This document shows positions 9,889-18,889 of a DNA stretch of 64,000 nt, piece by piece (the stretch's first letter is position 1; each line of letters opens with the position of its first letter). The stretch is from a virus, in IMG/VR virus record IMGVR_UViG_3300050190_000082, positions 64,001 through 128,000 of that record. One strand, 5' to 3'. A program made the position numbers and the translations under genes. The notes under the pieces are model-generated. The model did not search any database, had not been told where the DNA came from, and was given only the letters and a program-made list of their open reading frames with translations.

Positions 9889-10125
9889 AATTTAAACATC
9901 TCCTTCAAAATTGATATAAAAATAAGAGAGTATTATAACTCTCAAAATATAAATTCAAATTCTGGACATAAATATTGAGCTTGTCTCAATATTTTGGACA
10001 GAGATTATGACGCTTCATAATCTAACCTGCTTCGTCGTCCCTATATCCCTAATTCATACACTTATCTATAAGCAAAAGGGGATTCTCTGTATTAAAGTAT
10101 AGAGAAGTCCCCTTAACAATATATA

Positions 10126-12087
10126 TTAGAAATTTATGTATCTTCTATTAGATTCTATATCCATATTATTATCTTTTAAATATTGCAACATAATTGGTTT
10201 AATCATTGACTTCTTAAATGTATCAGATTTAATATCCAATAATTCTTTTACTTTTGCTTTACTTAATCCTTGTTCAAGTAGTGTTTCATTCAAAATCAAT
10301 CCATCTCTATAATCTTCATCTGCTAAAACTTTATCAAAGAACTCAATCAAAGTTTCAACTACATCTTTTTTATTCTCTACAACCTTACCACTTTTCTTTG
10401 ATTGATATTTTAATCCCCAATTATATGTAATTTGGATATCAGGCATAGCTTTTTCAATAAGAGCATCAACTTCTTTATCTCTGTTTATCAAATAAGCATA
10501 AGTTTCAGGACAACCACCATCTACATATCCACGAGATTTAACTCTATTTAATGTTTGTACTATTAATGAACTAATCACAGATACTTTAACTTTCTCAAAT
10601 TCCTCTTGTTTGTATTTTCTATTGCCTTTGATTGGAATAAGAGTAGTATCTAAAGAATTAAATTTATCTGCTGATAGTTCATTCTCACTTACTGAACTTG
10701 TAAAATACATTAATGGATATATTGCATCTGGTAAAAGTTGAATCCCTAATACAAATATTAAATCAAACTCACTCCATTTATTACTTCCTATTGTCCTTCC
10801 ATAATGAGTAATATCAATTTGATCTATTTTCTCATATCCTTTAAATGCTTCTCTAATAATCTTATCTCTTTCTTCACCATTAGTAACTATCAATACTTTT
10901 TCAGCATCAGTTATTTTGCTTTTAATATCTTCAATAATTGTATCTAATAACCCATCCTCTAATCCTTTTCTCATTGATGCAGAAGAACCAGTTACTCCAT
11001 TAAAAATGTTTAAGTGCATATTCTTATATGATTTAATTTGTGGTAAATCTCTTACATCTGACTTGTTGTTAATCTCATATAAATAGTTAATACCTGATGT
11101 AGCGTCTAATGTTACTTTGTAGAAATAAGGATTATCCATATCAATGTACTTATATGTAATTATGGATTTATATTTTATATCGTCACTAATATTTACATAC
11201 CCACCAGTAGCTAACATTGTTCTAATTGCCAGATATGATTCTTTTGCTTGTTTATCTTTGCAAGTGAAGAATAATTCATCTAGTCCTTCAGGCACTTCAA
11301 TATTTTCAAAGGTAGAAAAGAATACGCTATTTTTCTTTATGTCATATGGCTTTAAAAATTCCTTCTTAATCTTAGTTACAAAACCATTAAATCTATCATA
11401 AATATCTTCATTACCCATATTCATAATTGCATTTTCCATTGCACAGATTGAGTTCATGCTGACTGTCATAAATTGAACATTGTTTATGGCTTCATCCACA
11501 ATCAATCTCTCCCTATAAAAAGTATTATATTTACCATGTTTAGTGTTAATTCTTTTATCAGACCACTCACATAATTTATTTACTTCATCTTTGTCAATCA
11601 ATTGTAGAAATCCATTATGAGTTAATACAATCACTGGATATTCTTTTAATTCTTCATTATCAATGGAGTTTCTTTTTCTATCATTAAGTTTATCAAATCC
11701 ACTGTGATAAGCATAAGCTAATTCTATTCCTGCTTTTCTATTAATTGATCTCACAGTTTCATCGCAATCTTCTTTTGTAAGTTTTAATATAATTGTCCCA
11801 GAATATGGTTGTAATAATTTGTTGTTTAACATGTAGGAAATACCATTATTCATTGCTGTAGATTTTCCACAACCAGTAGGAAAGTTGACTATTGCTTTCT
11901 TATCTCTGATAGGGTAAAACATAATGTAATAAAGTAATTGTTTAAGTCCTTTGTAGTATTCTCCACCACTAGGAATAATGACGTTGTAAGTTGCTAATTC
12001 TTTGATTGTTAATTCTGTTGCTTCTGCTACATGTTTCTTTTTTGTTTCAAGTTCCATCTTTTCTAGAAATTCTTTGTAATTCATCAT
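10126..12087 (-). CDS. superfamily-2 helicase-like protein (possible replication initiator)
   Basis: Walker A FPTGCGKST, Walker B LIVDEA, motif VI-like QTLNRVKSR; AAGGAG RBS favours the start at 12087 (track 12105). Confidence 0.65.
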   Translation of the reverse strand: MMNYKEFLEKMELETKKKHVAEATELTIKELATYNVIIPSGGEYYKGLKQLLYYIMFYPIRDKKAIVNFPTGCGKSTAMNNGISYMLNNKLLQPYSGTIILKLTKEDCDETVRSINRKAGIELAYAYHSGFDKLNDRKRNSIDNEELKEYPVIVLTHNGFLQLIDKDEVNKLCEWSDKRINTKHGKYNTFYRERLIVDEAINNVQFMTVSMNSICAMENAIMNMGNEDIYDRFNGFVTKIKKEFLKPYDIKKNSVFFSTFENIEVPEGLDELFFTCKDKQAKESYLAIRTMLATGGYVNISDDIKYKSIITYKYIDMDNPYFYKVTLDATSGINYLYEINNKSDVRDLPQIKSYKNMHLNIFNGVTGSSASMRKGLEDGLLDTIIEDIKSKITDAEKVLIVTNGEERDKIIREAFKGYEKIDQIDITHYGRTIGSNKWSEFDLIFVLGIQLLPDAIYPLMYFTSSVSENELSADKFNSLDTTLIPIKGNRKYKQEEFEKVKVSVISSLIVQTLNRVKSRGYVDGGCPETYAYLINRDKEVDALIEKAMPDIQITYNWGLKYQSKKSGKVVENKKDVVETLIEFFDKVLADEDYRDGLILNETLLEQGLSKAKVKELLDIKSDTFKKSMIKPIMLQYLKDNNMDIESNRRYINF

Positions 12088-12089
12088 TG

Positions 12090-12183
12090 TTAACATCTCC
12101 TTCAATATTGTCCTTAAAAATATAATAAACAGACAGGCACTAAGGATTGTGCTTTTCGGATGGCCTACCCTAGTCTGTTTATT
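12090..12183 (-). promoter_or_regulatory. structured RNA leader L2
   Basis: P1 AAUAAACAGAC/GUCUGUUUAUU; P2 GGGU-aggcc-AUCC; GAAAA linker; P3 GCAC-aauccuua-GUGC; loop pairs with UAAGGA (12111-12116) just upstream of the SD. Confidence 0.7.
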
Positions 12184-12422
12184 TGTGCCAAATTAAGACA
12201 CACAAAAAGCACCTCAATAAGAAGTGTTTTTAATCTGCCATAATTTTTTAATAAAAGGAGAGCTATTTTAACAATAACTCCCCTAAACCCTATAAAATCA
12301 TTTTACACTTTTAGAATACCATTATTTACGTCACTCATGCTCCTATTTACTCCATAATGCTTCCATATACTACCCAATCTGTTTTGAAAATCACGATCAA
12401 TTAAAATTCCAATTTTAATCTG

Positions 12423-12536
12423 TTAGAGATTATGTAAGTCAATTACACTAATATGAGCCATATTTAAGAGTTTGAAGTATAATGTGATACATAAATTGGT
12501 ATAAGATGTAGAAATTTTACTTAGAATATTTGACAT
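12423..12536 (-). CDS. hypothetical 37-aa peptide downstream of the holin
   Basis: AAGGAG RBS; MSNILSKISTSYTNL...DLHNL*. Confidence 0.35.
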   Translation of the reverse strand: MSNILSKISTSYTNLCITLYFKLLNMAHISVIDLHNL

Positions 12537-12572
12537 AATTATTTCTCCTTTTATAATTATTATTGATTTGAA

Positions 12573-13256
12573 TTATACTGTTGGAGTAATGCTTTTTTGT
12601 ACATTTTCAATAACATGTTTAATTGCTACTTCTGCATCTGCCGTAGCCTTAGCTAAAACTTGATTATAAATTTCCTTCATCATATCTTCTGATACAACAA
12701 TAGGAGATACACTAACAGGCGTAGGAATAACTTCTACTGGAGTCTGAATTTCTGGTGTAATTGGAGTTTCTGGAACTATTTCAGGAATGTCTTCAATCAC
12801 AGGAATAGCAGGTGCTTCAGAGGTTTGGATATCTTCAGGAATACTTGGAACTTCGTCTAAAATAGGCTGTATTGAGTTGAATTGTTCAGTTTGGATGATT
12901 GGTTGGGTATCAATATTTGGAACGCTTAGAACATCATTTAAACCTTGTTTTAGTTGATTAACGCAAGGCTCAATTAATGATTTCCATTGATCTGATGTCA
13001 ACTTAATACCATACTTCTCAGCAATTATTTGGGCTGATGCTAATGCAGAATTTAGTTTCTGTTCATTATTAAGTCCCAACTCTTTTGAAATTTGATTTGA
13101 GTATGCAACCGCATTTAGCGATATGACCTTTGCTGTTTCAAGTTGCTTTGTTGATAGATGTTGACGAATAAAAATAACCAAATAACCCACAAGAATAGGT
13201 GTAGCCGTAGTAACGATAGTGAGAATCAAATTGTACAAAATTGTAGTAAAATCCAT
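12573..13256 (-). CDS. phage holin, LL-H family, with an acidic Pro-rich C-terminal extension
   Basis: single N-terminal TM, then AV.Y..Q...EQKL..A...IE..V pattern; lies in the lysis module. Confidence 0.7.
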   Translation of the reverse strand: MDFTTILYNLILTIVTTATPILVGYLVIFIRQHLSTKQLETAKVISLNAVAYSNQISKELGLNNEQKLNSALASAQIIAEKYGIKLTSDQWKSLIEPCVNQLKQGLNDVLSVPNIDTQPIIQTEQFNSIQPILDEVPSIPEDIQTSEAPAIPVIEDIPEIVPETPITPEIQTPVEVIPTPVSVSPIVVSEDMMKEIYNQVLAKATADAEVAIKHVIENVQKSITPTV

Positions 13257-13285
13257 GTTCTTACATCTCCTAATTATTTATTTGT

Positions 13286-14449
13286 TTATATTAAAAAAGA
13301 ATTACCTTTGTTAGATAATTCTTTAAGATAGTTGTCCAATATTGTTTCAATATTATCAAAATCCCAATACCAAATCTCTAAAAAATTATATCCATTAGAT
13401 AATGCATATTCTTTCTTACGCTTATCATGTTCTTGTTGTCTTGCGAATTGTTTTTCTGCAAATTCTAGTCCTTTGCCTTTAAAATCTATTGGCTTCTCAT
13501 GTTGTTCTCCTTGAAATTCTATCAAAAGATTATATTTTGGGACATAAAAATCGTATGATAATAAACCACCACCTAAACCAATAAGCCCTTTAAATTCTTT
13601 TTGAGGTATGAAATAAATATTATTTTTATTATTGAATAATTTAATTGCTTTTTCTCCTACTGATTTGTTACATTCTGGGCAACCGTTATTATTTCTTTTA
13701 CATATGGGCGTTTCCCATTCATGTCCACATTCTTTACATAACCACCATGCGTATTTGCCACTTCCACATGTTACATCATAAGGAGTCAAATCTCCATTCT
13801 TAGTAGGATGCCATTCTTTAGCTAGTTCAGGATTAAGTGTTGCTAAACAATTCGATAACCCTACTTGTCTTCCAGCACAAAATGGGCAACCTGCACCAAT
13901 ACTAATATGCCCCCAATCACATTTAAATTTTTCCCCACATTTTAGACACTGCCATTCTAATTTTTTATCAGACCCATTATATTCTTTGCTAACAAGTATA
14001 AATGGTTTATTATTAAACGTACACCATAATTCTATGTTTTGAAGTGTATATGGGTTTGTTTTACCAAATATTTCAGGCACTCCTTGTTGTTGTAAGGTTA
14101 CTAAGGATAAGGCATAGAAATACCCTTCACTATCTTTAAATATCAATTTATTATAAGCTCTTATATATATATCACTTATTAACTCTAATGGTATATTATT
14201 TAATTCTATTAAGAGTTTAATATTTTGTATTGTATATGAGTTAGATTTATGAAATTTTCTCGCTTTTTTATTAGTAATAAGATTATTCAATTCAACCTCA
14301 TAATAGTAACCATCTTTATCTTTTATTAATAATTTTTGGTAATTATTTATGTAATATTTAGTTAGCAATTCATATCCCAAACTATTAATAATTTCTTCAA
14401 CCTCTTGGATAGTATGTTTCTGTGAGTTTTTACGTCCTCTATCTGACAT
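13286..14449 (-). CDS. free-standing zinc-ribbon + PD-(D/E)xK putative homing endonuclease
   Basis: GCPFC/GCPEC zinc ribbons; YDFYVP...LIEFQGEQH; paralog of 5808..6968; inserted in the lysis module. Confidence 0.75.
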   Translation of the reverse strand: MSDRGRKNSQKHTIQEVEEIINSLGYELLTKYYINNYQKLLIKDKDGYYYEVELNNLITNKKARKFHKSNSYTIQNIKLLIELNNIPLELISDIYIRAYNKLIFKDSEGYFYALSLVTLQQQGVPEIFGKTNPYTLQNIELWCTFNNKPFILVSKEYNGSDKKLEWQCLKCGEKFKCDWGHISIGAGCPFCAGRQVGLSNCLATLNPELAKEWHPTKNGDLTPYDVTCGSGKYAWWLCKECGHEWETPICKRNNNGCPECNKSVGEKAIKLFNNKNNIYFIPQKEFKGLIGLGGGLLSYDFYVPKYNLLIEFQGEQHEKPIDFKGKGLEFAEKQFARQQEHDKRKKEYALSNGYNFLEIWYWDFDNIETILDNYLKELSNKGNSFLI

Positions 14450-14454
14450 TATTT

Positions 14455-14562
14455 AATTTCCCCTTCCGTCATAGAAAAGCACAAATGGAAGAAGAGACCC
14501 ATGTAACGGCATAAGTCTCTAGTTTTACACTTATTAGACTTCGAACCCTAATAAGAAACCAT
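14455..14562 (-). promoter_or_regulatory. structured RNA leader L3
   Basis: P2 CUUAUUAG-gguucgaagu-CUAAUAAG (same loop as L1); P3 AGAGACU.AUG-ccguua-CAU.GGUCUCU; loop pairs with UGACGG (14466-14471) abutting the SD. Confidence 0.7.
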
Positions 14563-14569
14563 ATATTTA

Positions 14570-14968
14570 TTATTTATTTAACATTGAAATTATGGAATCT
14601 AATTTATCTTTATTTTCAAGTCTAGTTTCCATAGCAAACGCTTGTTCATCCTGAATGAGAGAAATTAATTCTTTGATTCTATCAAATTCATCATTCTGTT
14701 TTGAAAGTTCTTGCATCGTATTATCATCAATTCGCTGTATTAGTTTTTGTGTAGCTCTAGATTGGACATCTCCTCCTACCATGATGATAGGTAAAAATAC
14801 CAATTGGAGAAATGCACTAGAAATGAAGAAAATTATGGTTTGAGCAGGAGGGTAAATGATTGCAAATAAAATCATTACTGTGAATAAATACGCACTCCAC
14901 ATTGTGCCAACTTTTAATGTGATTTGAGTAGCTATATATTCATTAAAACTATTTATTTTATTTTTCAT
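14570..14968 (-). CDS. DUF1003-like two-TM membrane protein
   Basis: VGTMW...FISSAFLQLVFLPIIMVG pattern followed by coiled coil. Confidence 0.55.
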   Translation of the reverse strand: MKNKINSFNEYIATQITLKVGTMWSAYLFTVMILFAIIYPPAQTIIFFISSAFLQLVFLPIIMVGGDVQSRATQKLIQRIDDNTMQELSKQNDEFDRIKELISLIQDEQAFAMETRLENKDKLDSIISMLNK

Positions 14969-15458
14969 TACTTAACTCCTTAAATTCCTCCAACACCTTA
15001 TCTGGATTTTCACCATCTTGTGGAACAACATTTTCTTTGTCTAAGCAGAGTTTCTGCATAATAAACGTTGGGAATGTGACATTATGAATTCCATTTGCAG
15101 CACCGTCTTTGTCTCCAGAAACATGATGCTGAAAACAGAGGGCTAACATGTTCCTCACGTCATCCGCATTTTTTATATCCGTATTTTTAAGAAGTCTGGA
15201 ATAACCATATACATCAAATTCCAAGAGAAATTGCTTCAGTTTTGTAAAGTCGCAAACATTTTGGAGACTCCATTCGCAACCCAGATGGTGGATTTGGATA
15301 TTTTCTTCAGTCCCACAAATATAGCATCTGTAGTGTCCGTCTGCTTTAAGTCTCTCTTTACTATGTCTAAAGTCAGGAGATTCTACACGGTCAATATGCT
15401 CTGGTATAATTACTGTTTCTGTGAAATGCTTAGTCATTTCATGTGCTTCAACTGTCAT
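14958..15458 (-). CDS. HNH-fold protein
   Basis: CYICG....IQIHH ... NMLALCFQHH. Confidence 0.5.
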   Translation of the reverse strand: MTVEAHEMTKHFTETVIIPEHIDRVESPDFRHSKERLKADGHYRCYICGTEENIQIHHLGCEWSLQNVCDFTKLKQFLLEFDVYGYSRLLKNTDIKNADDVRNMLALCFQHHVSGDKDGAANGIHNVTFPTFIMQKLCLDKENVVPQDGENPDKVLEEFKELSNEK

Positions 15459-15475
15459 TTAATTCTCCTTCTATC

Positions 15476-15847
15476 TTATTTTCTTGTCAAAAGATAAACT
15501 ATTGTTGAAATCAAGCCAGAAATTAAAGCTGTTAACCACCAAGGTGGCTTAGACATCCAGTTATTTTTTTGGGTATTTAATTGCTCTGCTAAAGTGGTAA
15601 ATTGAAAAGCAAATTGATTCATTAATTCTTTAGTTTTTTCATCTGATTTTGCTATAAAATTATTAATAGTTTCCTCAATACGAGTAATTCTTTTATCTGT
15701 TTCACTTTGGGCTTTTTCGAATTGTGTCGTTTGAGCATCTTCATGGTCTTTTTTCCATATTTTTAAATTGTCAACTTCTTGCTTTAACAGTGCAAATTTT
15801 ATAGCTTGATCTTGTTTATCTTCTGATTCACCCATGCTTAAAATCAA
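15476..15847 (-). CDS. coiled-coil protein with C-terminal TM (XhlA/holin-like)
   Basis: coiled coil + PPWWLTALISGLISTIVYLL; directly downstream of the endolysin. Confidence 0.55.
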   Translation of the reverse strand: MILSMGESEDKQDQAIKFALLKQEVDNLKIWKKDHEDAQTTQFEKAQSETDKRITRIEETINNFIAKSDEKTKELMNQFAFQFTTLAEQLNTQKNNWMSKPPWWLTALISGLISTIVYLLTRK

Positions 15848-15986
15848 CTCTCTTTCTTTACTTTTGTCCCTCCTTCATATATAATGTATGTAGCCAATCA
15901 TTTGTAACGAAGGATTGGTTAAGATAGATAGCAGGAAGGACAAATTTCTGCTATCTATTGTTTTATTTCGTAGAGAGATGTTGATT
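15842..15986 (-). ncRNA. candidate double-pseudoknot structured RNA between the endolysin and the XhlA-like gene
   Basis: two hairpin loops complementary to adjacent parts of AUGAAG|GAGGGACAAA, closed by AAUCAAC.UCUCU/AGAGAGUUGAUU. Confidence 0.6.
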
Positions 15987-15995
15987 ATATTAAAA

Positions 15996-16817
15996 TTACT
16001 TTCCTTGTAAATAATTACTTACTGCGATAAGAGTCTTAGCTGAATCAGCACCTGATAAATAAACTTCTCCTGCTACTCCTAATTTTGGCCCACCTACAGT
16101 AATAATTTTTAAAGACTTCATAGCGTCAGCATGAACAGCAGGTAAAGAATTTCTACAAAACATAGCACAGTTTCCGTTTAATCTACTTAAAATAAGAGCA
16201 CTTGAAAAGTCAGAGGGAGAAAAATATACAATACAAACATCCATTTTAAAATCGACTCCTTTATTATTATTTATTATTGGTTTGATGATTGGTTTAACTG
16301 GGGTAGGTACTGGCGTTGGTTTAGGAACAACTGGACTACTCTTCACAGCAGTTTCAAATGCGTCATAATTCCATCCACCCTTTAATGCAGGAACTTTACT
16401 ATAAGTACATCCTGGGCATTGGGTTAGTGTAACTTGCCCATGAGGATAACAATTATCAAGTGTCAAATTATATTGACTCATTAATTTCTTGACTAATTCA
16501 ACTAAACCATTAAATTGTGCTATTGGCATAGGAAATTTAGTAAAGTCTCCTGCAATGCCTATTCCAATAGAATTTTGATTCCACCACTGATCTCCTTTTT
16601 GAGAATATGGCGGTTTATCACTTAAACAATGAGAACCTTGATAATTTAATGGTCTTCCTTGTCTAATTGTTCCATCTGCTTCAACACCAAAATCATATTC
16701 TGGAAATTGATATGCGTGAGGATTCCATCGTTTAAGAATAGAAACACTTGGAGATTGACCATCACCCATGTGGTGTAGAACGATTGCTTGAATTTTACGG
16801 TTATATAATGTTGACAT
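15996..16817 (-). CDS. endolysin, N-acetylmuramoyl-L-alanine amidase (Amidase_2) with a CD27L/CTP1L-type C-terminal domain
   Basis: IVLHH, GSH, SIGIGIAGDF, PH.....T.CPG motifs; Pro-rich linker; C-terminal IVYFSPSD...IITVGG; start at 16817 after AAGGTGA (track 16832). Confidence 0.85.
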   Translation of the reverse strand: MSTLYNRKIQAIVLHHMGDGQSPSVSILKRWNPHAYQFPEYDFGVEADGTIRQGRPLNYQGSHCLSDKPPYSQKGDQWWNQNSIGIGIAGDFTKFPMPIAQFNGLVELVKKLMSQYNLTLDNCYPHGQVTLTQCPGCTYSKVPALKGGWNYDAFETAVKSSPVVPKPTPVPTPVKPIIKPIINNNKGVDFKMDVCIVYFSPSDFSSALILSRLNGNCAMFCRNSLPAVHADAMKSLKIITVGGPKLGVAGEVYLSGADSAKTLIAVSNYLQGK

Positions 16818-16861
16818 TATTTCACCTTTCATCTCCTATAAATTTTAAAGAACTTTTATTT

Positions 16862-18463
16862 TTAATAATACAAAATAACATTTGCTATTCCCTTAGCAGT
16901 TAATTTATCAGAATTTACTTTTGCTGATGCTTCTGTTGAACTAGCTACTATTTGACTTGAAATAGTTGAGTAAACATTATATCCTAGTGCCTTTAACTCT
17001 TCCTGTTGTTTTTGAATTTCTGCTGTCTTAGTAGAATTTATTGGAATCGTTTGCACATGATATAATTTATTATTATCAGGTATTGGTTTTGGAGCATCCA
17101 CAACAACCACATTCAATACAGTATTCATCCCTTTATAACTTATAGTAACTAAACAATTTCCAGCTACTAATCCATTTATATTCCCATTATTAAAACTAAC
17201 ATTAGCATTCGAAAATACAAAAGTTGATAATCCTGTAATAACTGATGCAGTATTATCTGAGTATTTAGCTATAATTGAAATCGGGGAAAAAGTTCCTACT
17301 GTCAAAGTTAATGTCAAAGGATCAACATTAATTGATACTAAACTTGGAGTGGGAATAGGTTGAGGATTTGGATTTTTCCATGTAGCAGTAGCACTTGCTG
17401 TGTGAGAAATATTATCAGGAGAAACCCATGTTGTATTAACTTCAATTTCTTCTTCTGTGCTAGATTGAAATGCAATTATTATTACTCCATTATTATCAGC
17501 AATATTAGGAGTATATATTTGACCACTACGCTTGACTTGAATACTCACATTTTGGTTAATAACTGGAGTTAAACCATCCATTGTAGATATTGTAACATTG
17601 TTATTTGCTCCATCATTAACCATAGATGATTGAAATGTAGTTGTAAGTTTATAATCATGAGTGATAGGAGTAGGATTTGGCTGAGGCTCTGGTTGAATAT
17701 CTCCATCAGTCATAGAATACATTACAACTACAAGAGGGAGGAAATCTGCTCCCATCCAAAAATAGCCATTATCTCCCCATGAATTTCCCCATGAATTTAA
17801 AATTTTAAATAGCCCTTGTTTATATCCTGTGATCGTGGTCTCATGATATCCTGCAAGTGTTTCTTTAGTTGTATCTGGAATAGGGATAGTAGAATTTTGG
17901 GAATTTATGGAATAAAATGAACTCCATACAGGAATTTCTATAGTGACTGGATTTTTTAAAGTAATTAATGCGTTTTTAATATCATCACTTGTTTTTACTG
18001 CTGCATAACCAGTAATTTTATGAGGGGTAGCATTAAGAATTAGCGAGTCTTTAATAGGATTAAAATCATTTAAGATTGCTGGATATTCTTCATTAACTGG
18101 AAAACTAGTATAGTCACAGATACCAAAATCCACTAATTCTTGTAGTGCATCTTGAGGCATCATTCCAACGCCTTGATAAGAACCAATCTTTCGGCAGGCG
18201 TATACAAATCCAACAGATAATTGCGTATATTTACCTAGTTGCTGTTCTTCACCTATTTCTCTACAATAAGCTAGACTATGTGCAACACAACTGCTTACTG
18301 CTCCTTGGTTCTTGATAGGATAATTATATGGTAATTCAAATTCATCTGGGAAAACTACTGTTGTTTGTGATGGTGGTATTAGTCTAGATATGTGCCAATC
18401 TCTTGGATCTGGAATTGATTTTTCTTGACGTAAAGGAATAGATTTGTAATCAAATTCTAACAT
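16862..18463 (-). CDS. papain-family (C1) cysteine peptidase with Ig-like and SPOR-like C-terminal domains
   Basis: NQGAVSSCVAHS (Q, catalytic C), GYHETTITGY (H), ILNSWGNSWGDNGYFW (N). Confidence 0.8.
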   Translation of the reverse strand: MLEFDYKSIPLRQEKSIPDPRDWHISRLIPPSQTTVVFPDEFELPYNYPIKNQGAVSSCVAHSLAYCREIGEEQQLGKYTQLSVGFVYACRKIGSYQGVGMMPQDALQELVDFGICDYTSFPVNEEYPAILNDFNPIKDSLILNATPHKITGYAAVKTSDDIKNALITLKNPVTIEIPVWSSFYSINSQNSTIPIPDTTKETLAGYHETTITGYKQGLFKILNSWGNSWGDNGYFWMGADFLPLVVVMYSMTDGDIQPEPQPNPTPITHDYKLTTTFQSSMVNDGANNNVTISTMDGLTPVINQNVSIQVKRSGQIYTPNIADNNGVIIIAFQSSTEEEIEVNTTWVSPDNISHTASATATWKNPNPQPIPTPSLVSINVDPLTLTLTVGTFSPISIIAKYSDNTASVITGLSTFVFSNANVSFNNGNINGLVAGNCLVTISYKGMNTVLNVVVVDAPKPIPDNNKLYHVQTIPINSTKTAEIQKQQEELKALGYNVYSTISSQIVASSTEASAKVNSDKLTAKGIANVILYY

Positions 18464-18510
18464 ATTTTCATCTCCTAAGTTTTAAAATATAATAAATTAT
18501 AGTAAAAAGA

Positions 18511-18598
18511 AGATAGCACTAAACTATCTCCTAATCACTAAAACATGAAATTATCCATTTCTGAAACGTAGGTTACAAGCCACTTACAGAGGTTGAAA
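18511..18598 (+). repeat. 88-bp direct repeat, copy A
   Basis: 74/88 identical to 24718-24805 by manual ungapped alignment. Confidence 0.85.
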
Positions 18599-18889
18599 AA
18601 TCGTACCAAATAAAAGAACGATTTGAAAGGGTTAAACTATATAATATTATTTATTAGTTATATAAATCACCATATTATTTATCTATGTTATCTATTTTTT
18701 AATATGATAAAATATTATTTTGCGTTTTTATTTCTTATAAAAATAGACTAAAATAAAAAACAAGCATTAAAGTTTTTAAAATAATATAGCAGATTCTAAT
18801 TGAGAATGAGAGTATATTTCATACTCCATTCTCATATTTAATAATACTTTGTGAATAATAAATTTCCGTCGGATAATACATCGAATACG

